Source: an uncultured delta proteobacterium (GTDB lineage: Bacteria > Desulfobacterota > Binatia > Binatales > Binataceae). Taken from it: 64,000 nt of DNA. Positions within the stretch are counted from its first letter, which is position 1. Each line of letters begins with the position of its first letter. A model generated the notes under the pieces. That model made no database searches. It worked only from the letters and a program-made list of their open reading frames with translations, and was not told where the DNA came from. The stretch lies in NCBI GenBank assembly GCA_963808235.1, contig CAWEEQ010000001.1, positions 160,001-224,000 of the forward strand, given 5' to 3'. Made by a program: the position numbers and the translations under genes. Below are positions 9,503 to 17,440 of the stretch, piece after piece.

Positions 9503-9667
9503 CTCTTTTTAAGATGACGTGCAGGTGGCTTGCAGCACGTCTGAGTCTCTCGCCTTTGGGCACATCTCGGAGGATCGATCGAAAATCCGCGCGTGTTCGC
9601 GCAATTAGTGATCGCGCGCGGACCGGAGAACGCCCTCAGCGGCACTAATCCGCAGAATCCAGCAAAA

Positions 9668-9725
9668 CCTATCCGGGCGCGATTTTGCTGGGTCCGCGGA
9701 TCATCGCTGAAGATTCGCCTACCGA
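9668..9725 (+). repeat. Dispersed repeat, 5' part (related to 28780-28858)
   Basis: CCTATCCGGGCGCGATTT identical to 28780, similarity continues through GGTCC..GATCA..CGCCT.CCGA. Confidence 0.7.
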
Positions 9726-10012
9726 GATGCGCTGCGCAATTCCGCCGTGACCCGGGCGAACGAGGAGATCTACTTTCACCGAAAATACATCGACGTGACC
9801 GAGCTGCCTGCGCGGAATCGAACACCTTAATGCGAAACCTTCTCGCCTGCCGGGCGAACCATGGACGAATGGAGGCACTCTCTATCTGTCCGGGAGGACA
9901 GGAATCAGTCTTGCGTCGTCGGGAAGAACTGCTCAAGCTTATGCGGAGTTAGTTCGAAGCGTCCGAGGGTTCGAAGGGTGACGCTCTGCCAACTGACCGG
10001 AGTAAATAGAGA

Positions 10013-10408
10013 GTGGACGACAAGGAAATCTTTCGCCGTTACGTGGAAGCGCTGGGTAAGCCGGACTTGTTGACTGCCGTGCTTGCCACTGATTTTGTCG
10101 CTCATGACATTCCTCCGCCGGGCAACCGCGATGCCCTCATCGCGTTCCGAACAGCCGTGATGGCGGCGTTTCCCGATCAGAAGACGACGATTTTGGACCT
10201 CGTAAGCGAAGGCGACCGAGTCGCGGCCCGGATGATCGTCGAGCAGACCCACAACGCGCCATTCATGGGGGTTCCGCCGACCGGCCGGAAGTTGAAGATT
10301 GAAATCTACGAGTTTGCACGGATCGCCAACGGTAAAATCGCGGAACGATGGGTCGCGCTGAGGCCCAGCCTCGCCGAGCTCGTCGAACAGCTTCGCGCCA
10401 GGAAGTAG
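10013..10408 (+). CDS. SnoaL-like ester cyclase family protein
   Basis: AAFPD..TILDLVSEGDRVAAR....TH..PFMGVPPTGR....GKIAERW. Confidence 0.88.
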   Translation: MDDKEIFRRYVEALGKPDLLTAVLATDFVAHDIPPPGNRDALIAFRTAVMAAFPDQKTTILDLVSEGDRVAARMIVEQTHNAPFMGVPPTGRKLKIEIYEFARIANGKIAERWVALRPSLAELVEQLRARK

Positions 10409-10417
10409 CGCAAGGCA

Positions 10418-10456
10418 GATTCATCGCCTGCTGATCGAACCCGGCGAACCGATCCG
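10418..10456 (+). repeat. Dispersed repeat, 3' part (related to 28826-28858)
   Basis: CGCCTGCTGATCGAACCCGGCGAA versus CGCCTGCCGATCGAACCCGGCGAA. Confidence 0.7.
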
Positions 10457-10478
10457 ATGCTACCATGGGCCTTTGAGG

Positions 10479-10544
10479 CCACCGCTCGACCATCGGCAGC
10501 CGATCGCTAGCCCAGAAAGGCTCGTCGTCGACGAAGATCCCAGG
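10479..10544 (-). pseudogene. C-terminal remnant of a DsbA-like 2-hydroxychromene-2-carboxylate isomerase
   Basis: PGIFVDDEPFWASDRLPMVERW matches the family tail (P.F.VDGEPFWG.DRL..LE.W); the rest of the gene is absent. Confidence 0.6.
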
Positions 10545-10554
10545 CGAACTCAAG

Positions 10555-11688
10555 TTATGCGGCGTCACCCATCATCTCGGCGAAGTTGCCGCTGTAGAAT
10601 TGCTCCTTCGCTTGCTCGCTGACCTGGCGCATCGTCGCTTCGAAGCGTCCGATGGGATCCTTGGTCCCTTCGGGATGAGGATAGTCGGTCGAGAACAGCA
10701 GCATCTCGGGTCCCGAATTCTCGATAATCCATCCGACTGGCTCGTTCGGGAAGGGAGTGAACTTCACTTGGCGGCGCAGATAGTCGGACGCTTTGAGCGG
10801 CAGGTTCAGCGCCGGCTCGGTCTTGCGAAAACTCTGCTGGCAAATATCCAGGCGGCGCAGCAGCGCCGGTAGATACATCGCGCCCTGCTCGATCACGCCG
10901 CCTCGCAGCTTGGGAAACTTTTCGAAGATTCCGTCGAGCACCATGCAGGCCAGGAATTGCTCGGGCGTCTGATGGATCACCATGTAATCTTTCGAGCGGA
11001 CATTTTCGCCGCCGCCGAGCCAGTCGGTGGTCGGCGCGACTCCATTTTCGTTGAACGCACGGCGCAGTGCGCGGCCGCCTCCGCCGATATGCAGCATGAA
11101 CGGAATGCCCCGTTCCTGGAGCATCGCCCACAGCGGATGGAAATCTGGATGCGTAGGCGACTTCGCGCCAGGCATCGAGTTCACCAGAATCGCGCCACAT
11201 CCGGCGTCAAGCGCGGCTTCGGCCTCGGCGCAGGTGCGCTCGCCCCACGGTACCGAGCCGACCGCAATCAGGCGGCGGTCGGCGGAGCAGAAATCCGCGA
11301 TCGCGCGATTCAGTGCGCGCGTACCGCCCCATAAAAGTTCGGCATCGCCACCGAGAAACTGGGAAAATGCGAAGGTCGGGAAGACGAGCTGCCGATCCAC
11401 CCCGATCAGATCGAGTGCGCGACTGCGTTCGGCCGGGTCAAAAGCGCCCAGCGCGAGCCATCCCTTGGCCATCATCACATTCTCTTCGAGCTTGACCGTC
11501 GCTCCCGGGTCGGTGGCGCGCGCCTTAGCCTGCGCGATAAGCTCGGCCGCTTTGGCCCCCGCCCCACCCAGGTAGAGAGGGCGAATTCGCTCGCGAACGC
11601 TGGGGTCGGCGTACTTCGGGAGCCATTCGCTCAGCTCCATGAGGTGACTGTCGGCGTCGTAGAAAGTGCGGCCTTGCGCGTAGGGCAT
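10555..11688 (-). CDS. Amidohydrolase family protein (Amidohydro_2)
   Basis: DADSH, MLHIGGG, FEKFPKLRGGVIE, FSTDYPHPEG. Confidence 0.9.
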   Translation of the reverse strand: MPYAQGRTFYDADSHLMELSEWLPKYADPSVRERIRPLYLGGAGAKAAELIAQAKARATDPGATVKLEENVMMAKGWLALGAFDPAERSRALDLIGVDRQLVFPTFAFSQFLGGDAELLWGGTRALNRAIADFCSADRRLIAVGSVPWGERTCAEAEAALDAGCGAILVNSMPGAKSPTHPDFHPLWAMLQERGIPFMLHIGGGGRALRRAFNENGVAPTTDWLGGGENVRSKDYMVIHQTPEQFLACMVLDGIFEKFPKLRGGVIEQGAMYLPALLRRLDICQQSFRKTEPALNLPLKASDYLRRQVKFTPFPNEPVGWIIENSGPEMLLFSTDYPHPEGTKDPIGRFEATMRQVSEQAKEQFYSGNFAEMMGDAA

Positions 11689-12024
11689 CGAGGTTCCTTT
11701 AACTATAGTCCAGAATTTCGCTTTTGACTCTCCAAACACCCGACGATTAGCTCACCACAGAACTCAAGGTCAAGTCGTGGACCGGCTGGCGAACGGCGCA
11801 GCGGCTTATGGCTACTAGAAATCTCAAAATGCAACCGAAAACTCCGGGATTTTTAAGTAGTCGGAGCTTTTAGTAGCGACAGGTAAGGCCACAATGCCAG
11901 GAAGTTGCGCGGGCAATAGTATCCTTTCCTCACGTTGCATCGCTTCTACAGTGCCTCAAACTCGCAGAAGCCCGCGTCGAAGCCTCCGCGTCCTGAAACT
12001 CTCCTTCTGCTAAACAACTCGTCG

Positions 12025-13521
12025 CTAGATCGGCAGCGTGAACGGTGTCCCACAGACGTCAAAGGTCACCGCTGGACGCGAGGGCCAACTCGGATCCTTC
12101 AGGTCCTTGGCCCATTGCTTGATATCGCCCTCGAGCTCCTTGACCTTATCGGGACACTTGGCCGCAACGTTTGTGCTTTCGTTCAGGTCCGACTTCAGGT
12201 TGAACAGCATCGTATATGATCCGTACTCCGTCCCGGTCGATTCCCACAGCTTCCAATCTCCTTTGCGGATCGACATCAGTGGAGTGCGACGCCACATCAG
12301 TTCGTTGTGAGGCACCCCGCTTTTGTCGACCGTCAGATAAGTGATGAGGTTGACGCCGTCGTATACGCGGTCCTTCGGCAGCGTTCCTCCCGCGGCGGCG
12401 ACCGAGGTCGGAAAAATATCCAGCAGCGACACGACCCGATGATCCACCTGATGTGGCTCGATCTTCGCCGGCCATCGAATCATGAACGGCACGCGCACCC
12501 CGCCTTCATAATGCGTCAGCTTTCCGCCGCGCATCGGCTGACAACTGCAGATGCCCGGAATGTAGCCGGCGCATCCGTTATCGGTCACGAAGAAAATCAG
12601 CGTGTTGTTCATCTGCCCGCTATCGGCCACCGCTTTGAGCACTCGGCCCACCGCGTCGTCCAGCGCCGATATCATGCCCGCATAGGTTCTCATGCCCTCA
12701 TCTTTAATTTGCGGGAAGCGATTGTAGTACTTGTCCGTCACCATGAATGGCGCGTGGGTGGCGTTGGGTGCGAGATAAAGAAAGTACGGACGCGAGGCAG
12801 CGCTGTTGCGATGGATATAATCGACGGCACGATCTGCCCAGTACTCCGTCAGGTACTGCGATTCGTTATGCACCACCGTCCGGTTCGGCCCCTCGATAAC
12901 CTGTGACAGAGGCCCTCGCACATGTCGTCGTGGACGCTCGCCGGTGGCATCCGCGTCCGCAGCGCCACGCGGATCCCAGAAATGAACGCCCGGCAAACTC
13001 GGATCGATATAGGCAGTCTCGCCGGGCAGGAACCCAACGAACTCATCGTAACCGCGGTTGGTCGGATAGAATTGATCCTGGTTTCCCAGGTGCCATTTGC
13101 CGATTGCCCCGGTGTGATACCCATTCTTGCGCAGCTCGTCGGCTAGCGTGATCTCGCCGACAGCCAGTCCCAATCCTTGCATCATGTCGCGCAACGCAGG
13201 GCCGCTGTTGAATTCGAAGCCAAAGCGCTCTTGATAACGGCCGGTCTGGAGTCCCGCCCGCGACGGCGCACACACGGGAGCGCTGGCATATCCGTCGGTG
13301 AACTTGATTCCCTCGTTCCCGATAGAATCGATATTCGGGGTATCGATGCGATGAATCCCGTAGGCCGAAATATCCGCGTAGCCCAAATCGTCTGCGAGTA
13401 TCACGATGATGTTTGGCTTCTGACTCGTCGCTGTTTGCGCGGCGCCTCCCCAGCCTCTGCCGCTTCCGACAATCGCGGCGCAGCACAGTGCCAATCCCGC
13501 ACAGATCAACCGGCGCGTCAT
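12025..13521 (-). CDS. Secreted arylsulfatase-family sulfatase
   Basis: Signal peptide, PNIIVILADDLG, CAPSRAGLQTG (formylglycine motif), GKWHLG, EGGVRVP. Confidence 0.93.
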   Translation of the reverse strand: MTRRLICAGLALCCAAIVGSGRGWGGAAQTATSQKPNIIVILADDLGYADISAYGIHRIDTPNIDSIGNEGIKFTDGYASAPVCAPSRAGLQTGRYQERFGFEFNSGPALRDMMQGLGLAVGEITLADELRKNGYHTGAIGKWHLGNQDQFYPTNRGYDEFVGFLPGETAYIDPSLPGVHFWDPRGAADADATGERPRRHVRGPLSQVIEGPNRTVVHNESQYLTEYWADRAVDYIHRNSAASRPYFLYLAPNATHAPFMVTDKYYNRFPQIKDEGMRTYAGMISALDDAVGRVLKAVADSGQMNNTLIFFVTDNGCAGYIPGICSCQPMRGGKLTHYEGGVRVPFMIRWPAKIEPHQVDHRVVSLLDIFPTSVAAAGGTLPKDRVYDGVNLITYLTVDKSGVPHNELMWRRTPLMSIRKGDWKLWESTGTEYGSYTMLFNLKSDLNESTNVAAKCPDKVKELEGDIKQWAKDLKDPSWPSRPAVTFDVCGTPFTLPI

Positions 13522-13795
13522 CCTAAGTTCCCCCGCTCGGCATTATACATCAATTGATCCAAACACTCGCGGCGAATCGAACGGATCACACCTCGCGCCG
13601 GCTGATGCCGAATGGAGTATAGATATCGATGATGTGTACTCAGGCGATTGAAAAGAGGACTTGGGCGCGGGGCTGGGTGGCTTTCTGAAAGATCTGGTTG
13701 CCTTCCTTCGACTTCTCTCTCAACAGGGACAGAATAAGACTAAAGGGCCAACAGGGTTGAAATACTTTTTCAACACCCCCGATAAGGAACAGTCA

Positions 13796-14617
13796 ATGAA
13801 ATCTGGTTTGTCGAGATTCATGCCTCGTGGCTTGTTGGAATGCGGACTTCCGCTCATCGCGATCATCGCCGTGGGATGCGCCAGCGCTTCCATTAGCTCG
13901 CAGAAAAGTTCCGAGCCGATCCGCGCTTCTCGGCCGCAAAGAATCTACGTGCGGAATTTTGCGGTCGTCGCCGAAGACGTCAAAGCGAGTCACGGCCTCA
14001 TCTCAAAAGGCGAACGCGAGTTCTCCAGCACTCCCGAAGAGCAGCGTCAGATGGAGATTGGACACGCCGCCGCCACGGAACTGTCCGGTCGGCTTTCCAA
14101 GGATCTACGAGAACTCGGATTCACCGTCGACACGCAGACCGGCCAGATTCCGGTGGGCGACGTGCTCTTGATCGAAGGCCAATTCGTCAAAGTAGATGAA
14201 GGCGCGGCGGGCCGCCGCGTGATGATCGGCTTCGGCGCGGGGCAATCGACCCTCGACAGCCAGGTGCAGGTCTATCGAATCGTGGGCGGCGATCGCCAGA
14301 AGCTGATGGATTTCACCACCCACGCCGATAGCGGCGAATTGCCGGGCACTATCGTCATGATGGGAGCTGGCGCGGTAGCAACCGGAGGAGCGACGGTCGC
14401 GGGCGCGGCGGCGTCCGGTGCCGTTGCGGGAGGCAAAATATATTTAGGGCGCGTCGACTATCTGGCCGACAAGACTGCCGACCAGGCAAATGCCTACCTC
14501 TCGCAATATTTTGCGAAACAAGGTTGGATCAGCGCCGACAAGGCGCAATCTCAGGAGAGCAACCTCGCAGGCAAACCTCACGAAACCGCAGCGCCCAGCG
14601 GCGCCAACACCCTCTGA
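13796..14617 (+). CDS. DUF4410-like lipoprotein
   Basis: Lipobox AVGC; VDEG..GRRVMIGFGAG motif; Gly/Ala-rich helix. Confidence 0.75.
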   Translation: MKSGLSRFMPRGLLECGLPLIAIIAVGCASASISSQKSSEPIRASRPQRIYVRNFAVVAEDVKASHGLISKGEREFSSTPEEQRQMEIGHAAATELSGRLSKDLRELGFTVDTQTGQIPVGDVLLIEGQFVKVDEGAAGRRVMIGFGAGQSTLDSQVQVYRIVGGDRQKLMDFTTHADSGELPGTIVMMGAGAVATGGATVAGAAASGAVAGGKIYLGRVDYLADKTADQANAYLSQYFAKQGWISADKAQSQESNLAGKPHETAAPSGANTL

Positions 14618-14701
14618 GTAAGATAAAACCATGGGGAAATTAAGCACTGCGAACTTGTGTTCCTCACGCTCGCCGAAGCGCGCTGCGGCGCTGAGGTTGT
14701 C

Positions 14702-15496
14702 CTATCTTCCCGTGAAGACGGGTTGGCGTTTCTCGAGGAATGCCTTGCGCGCTTCCTTTGCGTCCTCGCTGCTGAAGGCGATGCGAATATTAGACAACTC
14801 ATAGCGGAGTTGCTGTTCCATGTCGCTCGTCTCCAGGGACTTCACCATTCCGCGCTTGAGAAGCCGAAGCGTGATGGGCGACCAGTGGCAGAGTTCCGCG
14901 CAGTAGCGCGCCAAGCGGTCGGCGAATTGCGCGTCATCAACCACTTCTCCGGCCATGCCGAGTGCGACCGCCTCTTCGCCCAGCACTGTCCGGTTCTCCA
15001 TCATGAAACGCATCGCCTGCTCGTAGCCCATAGCTTGCGGCAGGGTGATCGTAAGGCCAGCGTCAGGTGAACCGCCAATTCTCGTATAGCCAGCTATGAG
15101 CCTCGCGCTGCGGCTGATCAGCCGCACGTCGGTTGCCATGGCGAGACCGAGGCCGGCCCCCACGGCCACCCCATTGATGCCTCCGACGACGGGTTTGTCG
15201 CACCGTTTGCGAATCGCCAGGAGGAAATGTCCAACCCAGGAAATATCATCGAGCTGAGCCGATTGTGCGGACAGCGGCGTAGAGCGATCGCCACCGGACA
15301 AATCCAAGCCGGAGCAAAACGCGTCGCCGCTGCCGGTAATCGCGATCACCCAGACTTCGTCGGTCCGCGCCGCATCCTCAACCGCAGCGATCACACCCCA
15401 TGCGAGGGCATTGCTCAACGCATTCTTTTTTTCCGGGCGATTGAGCGTGATGATTCTGACATGGCCCGCATCCGCGATTTTCACGATGTCTGTCAT
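14702..15496 (-). CDS. Enoyl-CoA hydratase/isomerase family protein
   Basis: ITLNRPEKKNAL, AFCSGLDL, INGVAVGAG, EARKAFLEKRQP. Confidence 0.92.
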   Translation of the reverse strand: MTDIVKIADAGHVRIITLNRPEKKNALSNALAWGVIAAVEDAARTDEVWVIAITGSGDAFCSGLDLSGGDRSTPLSAQSAQLDDISWVGHFLLAIRKRCDKPVVGGINGVAVGAGLGLAMATDVRLISRSARLIAGYTRIGGSPDAGLTITLPQAMGYEQAMRFMMENRTVLGEEAVALGMAGEVVDDAQFADRLARYCAELCHWSPITLRLLKRGMVKSLETSDMEQQLRYELSNIRIAFSSEDAKEARKAFLEKRQPVFTGR

Positions 15497-15932
15497 TTCG
15501 CTTGCCTTTCTATGGTTAAGAGATTTCGATCGCGCTTGCGATTCTGGCTCATCCGCTGCGCTCAGGTCCAACTCCGGAAGACCTCACGGAGAGCGTGCTG
15601 CGCTTTTCCATTCGCTGGTCCCTTGCGCTGGACGATTCGTTGCCGATTTGATGACCCGCGGCGGCTCTCACCCGGCAGACGCGAATGTGAACAACGGGCT
15701 GTCGTCTGGCAGACGAGAAACGGGCAGACAGTTCCAATCTTGTTTGCTCCACCATCCAGTCTCATGGATTTTCTGCTTCTTTAGTCGTCGCCCGCGGACC
15801 TTGATGCCGGTCCTTGCGGCCACCATCGCGCCCCCCGTCTCACTTGTGCGCCAGCGGGCAACGAGATATTTCAAGGCCGCAGATAGTGGAGATTTTTTGG
15901 AGCCCGCAGAAAGAGATCCAAAAGGAAATCCA

Positions 15933-17432
15933 ATGCTGTCCAAACTCAAGATCTGCCCCTTCTCAACTTTCCTCTTACTTTTGTTCGCGGTGTGCGTCGG
16001 TATCGAGTCCGCCGATGCAGGCCAGACCAACGTTGAGTTAGTCATCGACGATTCCGGCAGCATGGCGCAGCATGTCAGCGGCGGACGCAAAATCGACGTC
16101 GCCAAGCAGGTGTTCTCGGGCTTCGTGCAGGACCTGCCCTCCGACGCGCAGGTTGCGGTGCGGACCTACGGCCGCCGGCAGCCATCGAACAAGCGCGACT
16201 GCAGCGACATGGAGCTACTCACGCCGTTCGGACCCAATTCAGCGCAGCGAGTTCTGCCCGGCGTGAATTCGCTACGGCCTAACGGGATGACACCGATTGC
16301 CGCATCGTTGCAGGCGGCAGCCGGCGATTTTGCCGGCAAGGAAGGTCAGAACAATATCATCGTGCTTCTTACCGACGGCGAGGAAGACTGCAACGGCGAT
16401 CCGTGCGCAGCCGCCAAGGCAGCGCACGATGCGGGAGTTCATCTCCAGATCAACGTTATCGGCTTCAACGTCAAGAACACCGAACGTTCGCAGCTCCGAT
16501 GCATCGCGAAGGCCGGCGGTGGCAACTACTACGACGCGCACGATGCGGCCGAGTTGAAGGTCGCGACCTCGGAGGTCAAGCAGACGATCGTCGCGCCGAC
16601 GCCGGCACCGCCGCCTCCATCTCCGAGCGCCACCCCGACTCCTTATGTGAAGGCCGAAGAGCCGCTCGATGGCGATCCGATTCATGGCGGTGACTCCTAC
16701 GCGCAAGCGTTACCGATCCCGGTCGGCAAGCTGTTTCATCTCGATCACCCGCAACCGATGAGCCACTACGACTTCTTCTCGCTGGCAGTACGGGGCGGAC
16801 AGTCGATCGCCGTGACTGTGACCAGGAGCAAGACGCCTGGCACTCAGCCGGGAGCCAAGATAACCGACTCAAACCATCAGACCCTCGCCTATGGGGATGT
16901 CGGGACCGGGAACAAGGTCATCGTGCAGCGCGACTTTGCCGATCAGCAGGACGAAAACTATTACGTCCTGATCGGTTCCGACTACGGCCGCGAGGAGGAG
17001 CGCGACACATTCCAGGTCGATCTCGTTAACAACTACGATGCCGACTCCGATCGCGACGCGGGCGCCGATGAGTCTCGCGCGCTCGAGATCAAGCCTGGAA
17101 CCTACCCGCACAACTACTTAAGCGACGTCGACAAAGTCGATGTATTCAAGTTCAAGGCCGGCGGCGGCAAGAGCTACCAGTTCAAGGCGCGGCCGGCGAA
17201 GGCCGACGGGAGCATCGATCTCTCGGCTGTGAATGACGACGGCGTCGCGCTCGGCAGCGCAAGCTCGCCGAACAAGGGCGCTGTCGCAACGCTCGACGGA
17301 CTCAAGCTGACGAAGGACGGTTACATCTACGTAAAGGTTCAGTTCGGCGAGTGGAGTTCGCATACGGGTCACTACGGAATCGCGCTGGGCGAGGGACAAG
17401 TCGACTCGCCTCATCCGCCGCCCGAGCAATAG
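15933..17432 (+). CDS. Secreted VWA-domain protein with Pro-rich linker and PPC-like C-terminal repeats
   Basis: Signal peptide from MLSKLK (AAAGGA RBS); MIDAS DDSGSM, TP and LTDGEE; PTPAPPPPSPSATPTP linker. Confidence 0.88.
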   Translation: MLSKLKICPFSTFLLLLFAVCVGIESADAGQTNVELVIDDSGSMAQHVSGGRKIDVAKQVFSGFVQDLPSDAQVAVRTYGRRQPSNKRDCSDMELLTPFGPNSAQRVLPGVNSLRPNGMTPIAASLQAAAGDFAGKEGQNNIIVLLTDGEEDCNGDPCAAAKAAHDAGVHLQINVIGFNVKNTERSQLRCIAKAGGGNYYDAHDAAELKVATSEVKQTIVAPTPAPPPPSPSATPTPYVKAEEPLDGDPIHGGDSYAQALPIPVGKLFHLDHPQPMSHYDFFSLAVRGGQSIAVTVTRSKTPGTQPGAKITDSNHQTLAYGDVGTGNKVIVQRDFADQQDENYYVLIGSDYGREEERDTFQVDLVNNYDADSDRDAGADESRALEIKPGTYPHNYLSDVDKVDVFKFKAGGGKSYQFKARPAKADGSIDLSAVNDDGVALGSASSPNKGAVATLDGLKLTKDGYIYVKVQFGEWSSHTGHYGIALGEGQVDSPHPPPEQ

Positions 17433-17440
17433 GGAGCATC

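Larger units (their letters stand above)
9119..9529 (+). repeat. Tandem duplication (offset 234 bp) of the galU 3' end, intergenic spacer and tRNA-Ala
   Basis: Copy 1 at 9119-9271 and copy 2 at 9353-9529 are near identical from GGTTGCGAGC.TACTTGAAGTC to AGATGACGTGCAGGTGGC. Confidence 0.92.

Noticed and set aside
9593-9952. 119-aa ORF after tRNA-Ala
   Set aside because: It overlaps repeat sequence and has no motif or RBS; at most a degraded remnant
15411-15932. N-terminal extension of the VWA ORF, or a riboswitch in this leader
   Set aside because: The signal peptide and RBS start at 15933; no c-di-GMP or other known riboswitch consensus recognised
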